The notes: generated by a model not told the origin, from the sequence alone. Shown: positions 45,775 to 55,624, counted from the first letter of the stretch. The stretch: 64,000 bases of DNA from an uncultured Candidatus Saccharibacteria bacterium (GCA_964453265.1 CAYVNU010000001.1:117331-181330); one strand, 5' to 3'. Made by a program: numbers and translations.

Positions 45775-47031
45775 ATGGAAAGATTTTCCAGATTAAAAAA
45801 GCAGGTTTTACTTTTTTTGGCGGTTATTGGCCCTGGTTTAATTACAGCTATGGCGGACAACGATGCCGGCGGAGTTGCCACTTATTCTGTTGCGGCTTCC
45901 GTTTATGGTATGGCGTCTCAGTATTTTGTTTTGCTGACAACTTTGTTGTTAGCAATTACCCAGGAGACCGGCGCCAGAATAGCAATTGTTACCGGTAAGG
46001 GTTTGGGTGATTTAATTAGAGAGCAGTATGGAGTTAAAGTTTCGGTGGTTTTGTTTTTTATTTATTTTTTTGTAAATCAGGGAGTAGTTCTTCAGAATGT
46101 AAGCGGATTAAAAGCCTCAATTCAACTACTAAATTTGCCTTGGCAGCCGGTTTTAATTTTATCTAGTTTTTTGTTAATAATACTGGTAGTTTTATTGAAC
46201 TTTAAAACTTTACAAAAAGTTTTTTTTACAACAATTTTATTTTACGCGACCTATATTTTTTCCGCAGTACTTACTAAGCCAAATTGGGGAGAGGCGTTAA
46301 AGGAAAGTTTAATTTACCCGAGTCATATTTCATTTACTGATCCGACTTATTGGTTTACTCTAATTGCTGTTTTGGGAACCACAGTAACTGCCTGGGGACA
46401 ATTTTTTGTAAATAGTTTTTCGGCGGATAAAGGTTTAAAAATTCATCAGTTAAATCAAGAACGTGCTGAAATTTATTTAGGGGCATTTATTACCAACTTT
46501 TTTTCATGGATGATAGCAATTGCAGTAACTTATACTTTGTTTACCCATGGAATAAAGGCAACGGATGGTTTTACTGCTGCTAAAGCAATAGGGCCTTTTG
46601 CCGGAAATTTGGCGTACATTTTTTTTGCTGTTGGTTTGCTGGCGGCTTCTTTTTTAGGTCTTACAATTGTACCTTTGGCAACCGCTTATGTATTTTCTGA
46701 ATTGTTTGGGTACGAAAGAACTTTAAACGCGAGTTTTGTAAAAGGAAAAGTTTTTTATGTATTTTTTATCTTACAAATTATTTTGGGTTTAATTATTACT
46801 TTATTTCCTAAAATTAGTTTGTTTAAATTAACTTTATTTGCCGATTATTTTAACGGCGCGTTGCTGCCCGTTATTTTTTATTTTCTTATTAAATTTTCTG
46901 AAAACCCTCAAATTATGGGACAATATGTTTCCAGAGGGTTTACAAAATTCTTTTTAAGGGCCGCCAGCTTGGTAATTTTCTTGGCAGTAATCGGCAGTTT
47001 TATTGGTAAATTTATACTCAAGCTTGGGTAA
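45775..47031 (+). CDS. NRAMP-family transporter with altered metal-site motifs (NRAMP-related Mg2+ transporter-like)
   Basis: 11-12 TM helices. The TM1 motif is 'GPGLITAMADNDAGG', i.e. D-A-G-G where canonical NRAMP has D-P-G-N. TM6 is 'TAWGQFF' in place of 'A(I/V)MPHN'. Confidence 0.7.
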   Translation: MERFSRLKKQVLLFLAVIGPGLITAMADNDAGGVATYSVAASVYGMASQYFVLLTTLLLAITQETGARIAIVTGKGLGDLIREQYGVKVSVVLFFIYFFVNQGVVLQNVSGLKASIQLLNLPWQPVLILSSFLLIILVVLLNFKTLQKVFFTTILFYATYIFSAVLTKPNWGEALKESLIYPSHISFTDPTYWFTLIAVLGTTVTAWGQFFVNSFSADKGLKIHQLNQERAEIYLGAFITNFFSWMIAIAVTYTLFTHGIKATDGFTAAKAIGPFAGNLAYIFFAVGLLAASFLGLTIVPLATAYVFSELFGYERTLNASFVKGKVFYVFFILQIILGLIITLFPKISLFKLTLFADYFNGALLPVIFYFLIKFSENPQIMGQYVSRGFTKFFLRAASLVIFLAVIGSFIGKFILKLG

Positions 47032-47053
47032 AATTATTTCGTAGAGACATATT

Positions 47054-48796
47054 ATGAATATACTTTTTAAATACATTAAACCCTTTTGGAAAGTTGTGGC
47101 TTTAGCGCTTTTTTTAGCTGCTATAAACCAAATATTTTCTTTAATGGATCCTTACATATTCCGTCTTATATTAGACAACTATGTAAGCAAATTTGATACG
47201 CTAACTAGAACTCAGTTTTTCCAAGGAGTGGGGGTCTTGCTACTTCTTTCTATGGGCACGGCTTTAGTTTCCCGTATTGCCAAAAATTTTCAGGATTATT
47301 TTGTAAATACTGTAACTCAAAAATTGGGCGCCAAAATGTATACCGATGGCTTAGCTCATAGTTTAAAGCTTCCTTACCAAGTCTTTGAAGATCAAAGAAG
47401 CGGGGAGACACTTGAGAAACTCCAAAAGGTGAGGCAAGATGTGCAGGCGCTTATAACATCTTTAGTGAATGTTTTATTTTTTACTCTGGTAGGTTTTGTA
47501 TTTGTAATTGTTTACGCCTTTTTTGTAAGCTGGATAATAGCCGTTGTATATTTAGCTATGGTTCCGCTGCTAGGTTTTACCGCGGTATTTTTAAGTCGCA
47601 AAATTAAAAATGTCCAAACCAGAATTGTGGCGCAGACTACAGCTTTAGCCGGTTCTACTACCGAGTCTTTACGCAACATCGAACTAGTTAAAAGTATGGG
47701 GCTTTCTGAAGCAGAAGTGGGCAGGCTTAATCATACTACCCAGGAAATTTTAAAATTGGAACTGGAAAAAGTTAAGTATGTTCGTTCTTTAAGTTTTATA
47801 CAAGGTACACTTATAAACCTGCTCCGTACTATGATGCTTTTGGTTATGATGTACTTAATTTTTACTAAGCAAGTTACCTTTGGGCAATTCTTTTCTTTGT
47901 GGATATATTCGTTCTTTTTGTTTAACCCGCTTCAGGAAATGGGCAATACTATACAGGCTTACCGTGAGGCTCAGGCTAGTTTAGACAATTTTAGAAAAAT
48001 TTTGAGTATGGAAACAGAACCGCTAAATGAAAATGCGGAAAAAATTGGCACAGTAACTAAAATTGCTTTTGAAGGCGTAAGTTTTAAGCATGTTACCGGC
48101 ACCAGGCCAGCTTTGGACAAGGTGAATTTTCATGCGGAAAAAGGCGAGACAATTGCCTTTGTCGGGCCTTCCGGCTCGGGTAAAACTACTTTGGTAAAAT
48201 TATTGGTTGGACTTTACAGGCCAATGGAAGGTAAACAGTTTTATAACCAGGTAGAAATAAATAACTTAAGCGTAGACGAACTAAGGTCGCAAATTGGACT
48301 TGTCACCCAAGACACCCAGCTTTTTGCAGGTACCATACGCGAGAATTTAAAGTTTGTAAATCCAAATGCTACAGACGAAGAGTTGTGGGTAGCTTTAAAA
48401 AAGAGCGCGGCCGACAGCCTTATGCAAAGGGCAGATAAAGGTTTAGATACAGTTATAGGCGAGGGCGGAGTTAAAGTTTCAGGCGGTGAAAAACAGCGTC
48501 TTTCCATTGCACGAGCGTTGCTGCGCAATCCTAACCTACTAGTCTTTGACGAAGCTACATCAGCTCTAGATAGCTTAACCGAAGAGCAAATTACTTCTAC
48601 TATCCGTTCTTTATCGCAAGATTCACATCAAATAACTGTTTTAATTGCGCACCGTCTTTCTACTATAATGCACGCCGACAGAATATATGTTCTGGAAAAA
48701 GGCAAAGTTGCAGAACAGGGTGCGCACCAAGCGTTACTAGACCAAAAAGGTTTGTACTATGCTATGTGGAGACAACAGATTGGGGAAAGTAAGTAA
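47054..48796 (+). CDS. ABC exporter, fused permease/ATPase (MsbA-like)
   Basis: 6 TM helices in the N-terminal half, then 'GPSGSGKTT', 'VSGGEKQRLSIARAL', 'LVFDEATSALD'. Confidence 0.85.
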   Translation: MNILFKYIKPFWKVVALALFLAAINQIFSLMDPYIFRLILDNYVSKFDTLTRTQFFQGVGVLLLLSMGTALVSRIAKNFQDYFVNTVTQKLGAKMYTDGLAHSLKLPYQVFEDQRSGETLEKLQKVRQDVQALITSLVNVLFFTLVGFVFVIVYAFFVSWIIAVVYLAMVPLLGFTAVFLSRKIKNVQTRIVAQTTALAGSTTESLRNIELVKSMGLSEAEVGRLNHTTQEILKLELEKVKYVRSLSFIQGTLINLLRTMMLLVMMYLIFTKQVTFGQFFSLWIYSFFLFNPLQEMGNTIQAYREAQASLDNFRKILSMETEPLNENAEKIGTVTKIAFEGVSFKHVTGTRPALDKVNFHAEKGETIAFVGPSGSGKTTLVKLLVGLYRPMEGKQFYNQVEINNLSVDELRSQIGLVTQDTQLFAGTIRENLKFVNPNATDEELWVALKKSAADSLMQRADKGLDTVIGEGGVKVSGGEKQRLSIARALLRNPNLLVFDEATSALDSLTEEQITSTIRSLSQDSHQITVLIAHRLSTIMHADRIYVLEKGKVAEQGAHQALLDQKGLYYAMWRQQIGESK

Positions 48797-48804
48797 TTTA
48801 AAAT

Positions 48805-49836
48805 ATGTTTAACGAATACAGTAAATTTGAGATTGAACCGCGCAAAATATCCCAGGAAGTTGTAAAAGCATTTGAAAATTTGTTTCGGGGGAAAAAAGAT
48901 GCCATGTTTAGTTCAGCAGTTAGCGCTGAAGGCAGAGCAAATCATCATAAGCATGTTAATGTTGGCTGTTGCATGTTGGTTTTAAATAAAGAGTTAAACT
49001 TGGCTGAGCCAGAAGTTTTTACCGGAGCGAACACAAAAGCAAGTCCTGCCATGATGGCTTGGCCTGACCGTGAGTGCGCGGAGTCCAGGTCTTTTTTAAA
49101 TGCATTAAATATACCCAGGTCAGGCAGCGCCGAAGACCCAAACTGGAGTGGAGCTGATATTGGTATGGAGATGGGAACTTTAAAGGAAGGTGGCGTTGTC
49201 GCTGCGGTGCTAACAGTTTCTAAAAATGAAAATACCGGTGAACATGACAGATTAAACCATAGTGTTTTAATTTCTTGCGATCAGTGCGTAGTAAATTATG
49301 AAGGCTTAATGAAGTTGGGGATTGTTAATGAAGATACTATAATTTATAACGCAAGAATTGACGAGAAAGGCGAAGAACAGGAACATGTAGAGCAATCTTT
49401 AGGTAAGCTGATCGAAGATTTTTACAAGAAAAAAGAAAAGAGAGATCAGGCTATTATTGAACGTTTAGTAGCGGCAAAACATGAAGCTTTGAATGAATAC
49501 CAAAGAGAAATATCCGATATTAATTTGCAGTTTGGCAGCCCGGCTGAAAATCCGGTTCCGCCGATTATGCCAGATGATAGGTATCAAGCTCAAAGGGGCT
49601 ATCAACGTGAGAGAGTAGAAGCAGTTTGGGAGGTAATGGAAAATTGCCTAGCAGATATTATTAAAGCCGCAAAAGGGGCTGCGGAAAGAGGTCTTTCTAA
49701 AGAACGAATTGTTCAAACTTTAGGTTTAGAAGAATTTAAACTTGATCCTGATGCAGAAAAATTTACAAATAATGAGTTAAAAACTTTGGAAGAATTATTA
49801 AGTAAGGCACTGTTTCAAATTTATAGAAAGGAATGA
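48805..49836 (+). CDS. Hypothetical protein
   Basis: 343-aa ORF with good coding statistics and no recognisable motif. Confidence 0.4.
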   Translation: MFNEYSKFEIEPRKISQEVVKAFENLFRGKKDAMFSSAVSAEGRANHHKHVNVGCCMLVLNKELNLAEPEVFTGANTKASPAMMAWPDRECAESRSFLNALNIPRSGSAEDPNWSGADIGMEMGTLKEGGVVAAVLTVSKNENTGEHDRLNHSVLISCDQCVVNYEGLMKLGIVNEDTIIYNARIDEKGEEQEHVEQSLGKLIEDFYKKKEKRDQAIIERLVAAKHEALNEYQREISDINLQFGSPAENPVPPIMPDDRYQAQRGYQRERVEAVWEVMENCLADIIKAAKGAAERGLSKERIVQTLGLEEFKLDPDAEKFTNNELKTLEELLSKALFQIYRKE

Positions 49837-49860
49837 TTGTTTTTTGAAATCAGCAATCAA

Positions 49861-49887
49861 AAAGCCCGCCCTTAAGGCGGGCTTTTC
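49861..49887 (+). terminator. Rho-independent terminator
   Basis: aaagcccgcccttaaggcgggcttttc. Confidence 0.65.
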
Positions 49888-50153
49888 AATTGGGCTGAAA
49901 TATTGTATAATTGATTAATCTAAAAAGAGAATTTGTTGTGACTTTTAGTTTTTAAATAATAATTTTTTGTTGAAAAGCTCGAGGTCGTCACATGAATATA
50001 TTTAAAATTTTTGCGATCCTTTTGAGGATCGCAAATGGGAACTGGGCTCTGCCCAGGAATCCAAACTCTTAACGTTCGAACCGACGCCGGGCTGCACAAC
50101 CCGGCGTCTTCTATTTATCTGTGCAATTAGTGATATCAGTGCATCCGTGAATA

Positions 50154-50984
50154 TTATTTCCAAACCACAATCGCAGTTTTATCGCCTTCATCAACCGCAT
50201 TTAGATTATGGCTCCAGGCGCCGGCGGCATTGTAGAGGGTTTCGTAGGTGTATGGGTAGTTTCGGCCTTTTCGGGTGCCGGGGTCGTTGGTTATAAAGCC
50301 ATTACTGTCCCAACCTTTTATAACTAGCATATGGTAAGGGGGGCCGGGCTGGCGGAAGTTGGGGTTACCAAGTTTGCGACCGTTTGCCGACCAAATTACT
50401 AGGTGACCATTGTGCAATTCTGTTTTAATATCATCTTCCGTCATATTTTTTACGAGCTTGGTCTGGAGCCCATAAACATCGCGCAGCATTCTTGCAGTCT
50501 CATCTGAATCAATATCCAAATAATAGCCAAAGGTTTGTTTTTCCCATTCAGTAATTTTAGAAAGCTCGCTTTCTACTAATTCTGGTTTTAAGGTAAGGGA
50601 TGTATTCCCATTAAAGTATTGTTCTACCATAATGCTGCTGGTTTCTTCGCAGGCTTCGTTATGAAGTTCATCCCAGTTGGCTGTGGGGGCTTGAGGGGAA
50701 AAGGGGACTTTGAGTAGGAGAGTAGTGGGTAGTTGCCCGCCTGTCGGCGAGGCAGGTTGGTTGTTAGTTTGTAAAGGTGTTGATGACGATGGTGTAATAT
50801 TAGTTTTACGTGGTTCTGAGGAGATTTGATGGTTTGTATTTGGAATATTAGAAATTTCTAATTTTGGATATTTTTGGGCAATAAGAAAAATAGCCGCGCC
50901 GGCAAATAGTAGCGAGGCTATCCAGGAGAAGTGGAAGGATTTGGATTTAAAATGGCGCATAGATAGATTTAAAAGATTGACCAC
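50154..50984 (-). CDS. Secreted protein with C-terminal papain-like (C39-like) peptidase-type domain, hypothetical
   Basis: N-terminal TM/signal sequence and a Ser/Thr/Pro-rich linker. The C-terminal 'HLVIWSANG...YHMLVIKGWDSNGFITNDPG' (His...Asn/Asp) is typical of C39/CHAP-like folds. The Cys-containing segment is 'NEACEETSSI'. Confidence 0.4.
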   Translation of the reverse strand: MVNLLNLSMRHFKSKSFHFSWIASLLFAGAAIFLIAQKYPKLEISNIPNTNHQISSEPRKTNITPSSSTPLQTNNQPASPTGGQLPTTLLLKVPFSPQAPTANWDELHNEACEETSSIMVEQYFNGNTSLTLKPELVESELSKITEWEKQTFGYYLDIDSDETARMLRDVYGLQTKLVKNMTEDDIKTELHNGHLVIWSANGRKLGNPNFRQPGPPYHMLVIKGWDSNGFITNDPGTRKGRNYPYTYETLYNAAGAWSHNLNAVDEGDKTAIVVWK

Positions 50985-51068
50985 AATTAAATAAAATTAT
51001 GTAAAATTTTCGAGTTTGTGACAAATTTTTATTTAATTTTAATTAATCTTACTTATTTTTATTTAATC

Positions 51069-51752
51069 TCAAATTATTTCTTCTCTTTTTACCAACACAA
51101 AGTTTCCAGGTGGTAAGCTTGCTGGTAAAATAAATTTGTTTATTCTAATTCTTTTTAAGTTAGTAACGGTTAAGCCGACAGTACTGAACATTCTGCGGAT
51201 TTGTCTTTTTTTCCCCTCATGGATTGTTATTAAGACTTTGCCGTTTCTGGTTTTTACTTGTGCCGGGAAGGTAGTTCCTGTGGCAATTTCCACACCGGTT
51301 CTTAATTTATCTAATTGCGAATCGTTAGGCTTTTCTTGGGTTTCTACCTCGTATTCTTTTTCATGCTCGTATTTAGGGTGGGCTAATTCTTGGGTTAAGT
51401 CGCCATCATTGGTTAAAATTATAAGACCTTCAGTATCAAAATCTAAACGCCCAATATTCCATACTTTGTTTCTTAGTTCCTCAGGCAGTAAACTAAAAAT
51501 GGTTTTTCTGTGCTGCGGGTCGCTTTTGCTGACAACATAGCCTTTGGGTTTATTTAAAACAATATAAATTTTTTCTGGAGTGGTTTTAACTAATTTGCCG
51601 TAAACTTTTACTGTGTCTTTTTCCGGGTCTACTTTATCGCCGAGTTTTGCTTTTTTGCCATTAATTAAAACCTGTCCGGATTTAATAAACTCTTCAGCTT
51701 TTCGCCTCGAAGCAACTCCTGCTGAGCTTAAATATTTTTGTACTCTTTCCAT
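51069..51752 (-). CDS. rRNA pseudouridine synthase, RsuA/RluB family
   Basis: N-terminal S4 domain and the catalytic 'NIGRLDFDTEGLIILTNDG' motif. Confidence 0.8.
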   Translation of the reverse strand: MERVQKYLSSAGVASRRKAEEFIKSGQVLINGKKAKLGDKVDPEKDTVKVYGKLVKTTPEKIYIVLNKPKGYVVSKSDPQHRKTIFSLLPEELRNKVWNIGRLDFDTEGLIILTNDGDLTQELAHPKYEHEKEYEVETQEKPNDSQLDKLRTGVEIATGTTFPAQVKTRNGKVLITIHEGKKRQIRRMFSTVGLTVTNLKRIRINKFILPASLPPGNFVLVKREEII

Positions 51753-51855
51753 GGAAGTAAAATTAAGTTGATTTTTTAAGATGAAAACATTACACCTGAT
51801 ATATAGTAGTATGATATATCATTTCGCATAAATATGCTATAATGATTGTAATTCT

Positions 51856-52389
51856 ATGAATAATTTAACCGAGAAAACTAAAAAAAATTGGCCTTTAATA
51901 TTTGCTTTAATAGCGCCTTTTTTAATGATAGTCGTAGTTGCTTTGTTAATTTATTTGCCGGGTTTAGGTAAATTTCCGCAAAAAGATTTTGTATACGCAA
52001 CCGGATTCGATATTTACTATGGCTCTAGAATATATTCTGTGCAGAGTGGACATTTAATAAAGAGCAGTTTTTCAAATCAGGAAAAATTAACCCCAGAGAT
52101 TAAAAATCCTGAGTCTGCGGTAGTTTTTTATAGATATAATGTAAAAACCAACACAGCTTTAGAAATAACTTTTGAGGAAGCTCAAAAATTAAATTTAGAT
52201 CCGGCTAAAAAATCTGCAGATGGCTATGAAATTAGCCAAGGATCAGGCGGGGGAGATGGTTTGTTTTTTGGAGCCGGTCGCGATTATGAAAGTTATTATA
52301 TTAGAGGCTATAACAGGAGCAAAAAATTAAATTTAAAATTAATAGGGCCTAATTATTCAAATTTTCAGTTTTTAGGTTGGATTAATTAA
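51856..52389 (+). CDS. Membrane-anchored hypothetical protein
   Basis: N-terminal TM helix and a soluble domain with no motif. Confidence 0.4.
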   Translation: MNNLTEKTKKNWPLIFALIAPFLMIVVVALLIYLPGLGKFPQKDFVYATGFDIYYGSRIYSVQSGHLIKSSFSNQEKLTPEIKNPESAVVFYRYNVKTNTALEITFEEAQKLNLDPAKKSADGYEISQGSGGGDGLFFGAGRDYESYYIRGYNRSKKLNLKLIGPNYSNFQFLGWIN

Positions 52390-52399
52390 ACATAATTTT

Positions 52400-53386
52400 A
52401 TGGACAAACACGAGATTTTAGATTCAGTTAGGCAAATGGCAGCACAAAATCTTTTAAACAAAGAAGAACTTTTAGCAGCATTTTATGGGAGCTCTGAAAT
52501 TTCTTCGGCTAAAGTAGAAGTCGGATTAAAATTATCGGACATTTTATATTTCATTGGAGCTGCTATAATTTTTTTAGGAGTCAGCGTGTTGGTTTATCAA
52601 AATTGGGATGTTTTTAATTCTGCAACCAGAATCACAATAACCACAGGAAGCTCTTTAGCGGCTTTTATTGTTGCGATTGTGTTAAATAAATATGAGAATT
52701 TTCAAAAAGCTTCAAATGGTTTTTTTATGCTTTTTGGCCTGCTCGCACCTTTGGCTTTAAATGTAGCCTTTTTTGAATCCGGAGTTGACTACACCACTAA
52801 TTCAATTCAGGCTGCAATTTTTGCAATTTTAACCGCAGTATTTGCATCAGCTTTTTATTATTTTAGAAAAACAATTTTACTTCTATTTTTAATATTATTT
52901 TCCAGCGGACTGTTTCATTTTGTAATTAATCTTTTGGTTGGTTCTAATTTTTCTTCCCAAGACCAAGTTAAAATCTACGAGTATAGGTTTTTAATTCTTG
53001 GTCTGGGTTATATGCTGCTTGGTTATTATTTTAGTTCAACATTGAGAAAATCTTTAAGCGGGTTTCTAAATGGTTTTGGAAGTTTGTTGTTTTTAGGCAG
53101 TGCTATGGCTTTGGGCGGATATTCACCGAATGAGAATGTTTTTTGGGAATTAATTTACCCAGTCTTAGTTTTTGGCCTTCTATTTTTAAGCGTTTATGTA
53201 AAGAGTAAAGCCTATTTAATTTTTGCTAGTTTATTTTTAATCGGCTATATTCTTAAATTAACCGGCGAGTATTTTACAACAGGCTTAGGTTGGCCGCTAG
53301 CTTTAGTTTTAGCCGGACTTGCAATAATGGGGGTTGGTTATTACGCCGTTAAACTTAATAAAAAATACTTTCAAGCGCACGTGTAA
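52400..53386 (+). CDS. Polytopic membrane protein, hypothetical
   Basis: N-terminal ~50 soluble aa followed by ~8 TM helices. Confidence 0.45.
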   Translation: MDKHEILDSVRQMAAQNLLNKEELLAAFYGSSEISSAKVEVGLKLSDILYFIGAAIIFLGVSVLVYQNWDVFNSATRITITTGSSLAAFIVAIVLNKYENFQKASNGFFMLFGLLAPLALNVAFFESGVDYTTNSIQAAIFAILTAVFASAFYYFRKTILLLFLILFSSGLFHFVINLLVGSNFSSQDQVKIYEYRFLILGLGYMLLGYYFSSTLRKSLSGFLNGFGSLLFLGSAMALGGYSPNENVFWELIYPVLVFGLLFLSVYVKSKAYLIFASLFLIGYILKLTGEYFTTGLGWPLALVLAGLAIMGVGYYAVKLNKKYFQAHV

Positions 53387-53392
53387 GAATTT

Positions 53393-53422
53393 AAAAAATC
53401 CCCGCGAGCCGGGGATTTTTTT
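53393..53422 (+). terminator. Rho-independent terminator
   Basis: aaaaaatccccgcgagccggggatttttttg. Confidence 0.7.
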
Positions 53423-53523
53423 GTAAATTAAGCTAAGTAAGGTTATTTTTTTGTTTTTTAGCCGAGATATTAGTAAATAAATTACAGGAATTTTACCCTG
53501 TACCATTCACCGCCTGACTCGTC

Positions 53524-53598
53524 TGGTGGTCTCGATTGGAATCGAACCAATATCAATGCCTTAGAAGAGCACTGCTCTATCCATTGAGCTACGAGACC
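53524..53598 (-). tRNA. tRNA-Arg (anticodon TCT), CCA encoded
   Basis: Reverse complement GGTCTCGTAGCTCAATGGATAGAGC-A-GTGCT-CTTCTAA-GGCAT...TTCGATTCC...CGAGACCACCA. Confidence 0.8.
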
Positions 53599-53693
53599 CT
53601 TCAGGCGAGTCGGGCGGGTATCCATTGAGCTACAAAAACCGCGAGATAAAAAAATCTTTTTAACATTCGATGCCAATATATTTTGTAAAATAT

Positions 53694-53712
53694 ATGGTGA
53701 CCTCGGCAGGAG
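53694..53712. repeat. Direct duplicate of the 3' end of tRNA-Arg (tggtgacctcggcaggagt), att-like
   Basis: The 19-nt string is identical to 53743-53761, which is the 3' end of the tRNA gene. A second tRNA 5' fragment, 'tatccattgagctac', lies at 53618-53632. Confidence 0.55.
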
Positions 53713-53742
53713 TTTTACCCCGCATCATTTATCAAAATTAAG

Positions 53743-53819
53743 TGGTGACCTCGGCAGGAGTCGAACCTGCGACCTCAAGCTCCGCAAGCTTGCGCTCTAT
53801 CCAACTGAGCTACGAGGCC
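53743..53819 (-). tRNA. tRNA-Arg (anticodon reads GCG; likely ACG/ICG-type Arg isoacceptor), CCA encoded
   Basis: Reverse complement GGCCTCGTAGCTCAGTTGGATAGAGC-G-CAAGC-TTGCGGA-GCTTG-AGGTC-GCAGGTTCGACTCCTGC-CGAGGTCACCA, a good cloverleaf. Confidence 0.7.
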
Positions 53820-53847
53820 AGTTTATTAACTTAAATTAGTTGAGAAA

Positions 53848-53915
53848 TGGTGCGGGGCGGGCCTGCGACCTTCAGCTCCGCAAGCTGACGCTCTATCCAA
53901 CTGAGCTACGAGGTC
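53848..53915 (-). pseudogene. Truncated tRNA-Arg copy (5' two-thirds intact, T-arm/acceptor replaced by GC-rich sequence)
   Basis: GACCTCGTAGCTCAGTTGGATAGAGCG-TCAGC-TTGCGGA-GCTGA-AGGTC-GCAGG, then CCCGCCCCGCACCA instead of a T-loop. The GC tail resembles the ggtgcgggg repeat at 38167-38200. Confidence 0.45.
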
Positions 53916-54115
53916 ATAAAACTTTAATGATTATATCATTTATTGTTAGTTTTTTCAATAGCCTATAATGTCGCAATTTGTTGTTAGATTTTGTTTTTTG
54001 GTAATCTTGACAAGAATATATTTTAGAGCTAAACCGAAAGTAGAGAGTAATAAAAATTAAAAAAAGAAAGGAGTCTCTAAATTAGATTTTAAATAAGCAT
54101 AATTTCATAAAGGGG

Positions 54116-54301
54116 GTGATAGTTATGCAAAATTTTTACATGTATTTATGTGATGTCTGCGGTTATAGCAAAGAATATCCAGATGTATGTCCAAGATGTG
54201 AAATTCCGTTAACTGAATACAGCAAAGAGACACAAAAAGAGTATCAGATTAATATGGAAGAGGCTATGCGCAGCATGAGTGAATATAAGTGGTATGTATA
54301 A
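54116..54301 (+). CDS. Small zinc-ribbon protein
   Basis: Strong SD (aagggggtga) 8 nt upstream. 'CDVCGYS...CPRCE' is a CxxC...CxxC motif. A terminator follows at 54384-54419. Confidence 0.5.
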   Translation: MIVMQNFYMYLCDVCGYSKEYPDVCPRCEIPLTEYSKETQKEYQINMEEAMRSMSEYKWYV

Positions 54302-54383
54302 TTTTTGCTTAAGAAAAAATTATAGCTCACAAATAATAATTAATAACTGTTAACTGAAAAACAGATGCATAATCAGACAGAAT

Positions 54384-54419
54384 AAAAACCCGTCTTGGGG
54401 ATGTAAGGCGGGTTTTTTG
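54384..54419. terminator. Bidirectional terminator
   Basis: aaaaacccgtcttggggatgtaaggcgggttttttg. Confidence 0.6.
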
Positions 54420-54433
54420 TTATAGGTTATAAA

Positions 54434-55531
54434 TTAATGGTTATTAGTTTTTCCGTGAAATTTTTTATGTATATCTCTAAGTCCCTGATTGGTTATATGA
54501 GTGTAAATTTGAGTGGTAGTTATAGAGGCGTGGCCAAGTAATGTTTGTACGCTTCTAATGTCCGCGCCATTTTGTAAAAGGTCTGTAGCAAAGGAATGTC
54601 TTAGAGTATGGGGTGTAACTTTTTTCACAATTCCTGCTATAAGGCAACATTTTTTTATAATTCTTTGAATTTGTCTAACGGTGAGTCCATATGCTTTACG
54701 GCCTGTATTGCCAGTGCGGTCTTTTAAATCGTCTGACATACTTTCAATTTCTTTGGTAATTTTTTTTTGTTCAGCCGCAATTTTTTTAATTTTTAAAGAT
54801 CCACCGGCTTCGTTTGGAGATAATGGAGTGTGAGACATTTGACCGATTTTTGAATGCCCGACGAACAGCGCTTTGTTGTTATCGGAGCGTTTTTTTAAGT
54901 ATGCCTTTATTGCTATGGAGGCATCTTCTGACAAAAATACTAAACGGAGCTTTGCTCCTTTGCCACGCACTGTAAATTCGCGGCGGTCTAAATTAAGACC
55001 CTCACGCTTTAACGAGGCGAGTTCGCTAACGCGCAAACCGGTTGAAAAAAGTGTTTTAAGTATTGCGTCGTCTCGCAGGCGGGTAATTCCGTCTTTTTCT
55101 TGTTTTACCGCGTCAAATAGTCTTTTTAATTCCTCGGTATCTAAAAACTCAACTTGCCGCTGGGGATTTTTGGGCAGTTCAATTTTTTCTGGCGGCAAAG
55201 TTTCTACGTCATTCTTCATTAAGTACTTTAAAAATGCCCTCAGAGCTATTAAATGGTAGTTCTGGCTTATTAGTTTAAGCTGGCGGCCTGAGTCATCGGA
55301 AAGCCTGTTTAAGTACAGTCTAAACTTGTTTACTGAGTTTAGGGTTATGTCTTTAGGCTTAAGCACATTCATGCCTGCGGCAAAATCGGAAAACTTTTTT
55401 AAATAGCGGGTATAAGCCTCTATGGTGTGAGAGCTTTGATTTTTGCCAATTTCACAGTACTCCAAAAACTCTTGAATATACTTTTCAAGCTCGGTAGGGG
55501 GTAGCTTTAGTTTTTTTTCTTTTGTTTGCAT
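54434..55531 (-). CDS. Tyrosine recombinase, XerC/XerD-like integrase
   Basis: N-terminal SAM-like core-binding domain. The C-terminal catalytic domain has R...'HTLRHSFATDLLQNGADIRSVQTLLGHASITTTQIYTH' (the R-H-R-Y signature). Confidence 0.85.
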   Translation of the reverse strand: MQTKEKKLKLPPTELEKYIQEFLEYCEIGKNQSSHTIEAYTRYLKKFSDFAAGMNVLKPKDITLNSVNKFRLYLNRLSDDSGRQLKLISQNYHLIALRAFLKYLMKNDVETLPPEKIELPKNPQRQVEFLDTEELKRLFDAVKQEKDGITRLRDDAILKTLFSTGLRVSELASLKREGLNLDRREFTVRGKGAKLRLVFLSEDASIAIKAYLKKRSDNNKALFVGHSKIGQMSHTPLSPNEAGGSLKIKKIAAEQKKITKEIESMSDDLKDRTGNTGRKAYGLTVRQIQRIIKKCCLIAGIVKKVTPHTLRHSFATDLLQNGADIRSVQTLLGHASITTTQIYTHITNQGLRDIHKKFHGKTNNH

Positions 55532-55540
55532 GGTTTTTTA

Positions 55541-55610
55541 GTAGGTAGTCGGTAGTAAGTAGTAGGTAGTCAAACTGTTTGGCTAAACGCTACCTACTAC
55601 TTACTACATG
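55541..55610. repeat. Long perfect hairpin built from GTAGTRR heptamers, upstream of integrase gene
   Basis: 'gtagtaagtagtaggtagtc' ... 'ctacctactacttactac', a 16-bp stem with a ~20-nt loop. Confidence 0.6.
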
Positions 55611-55624
55611 TTAACGTTATGCGA

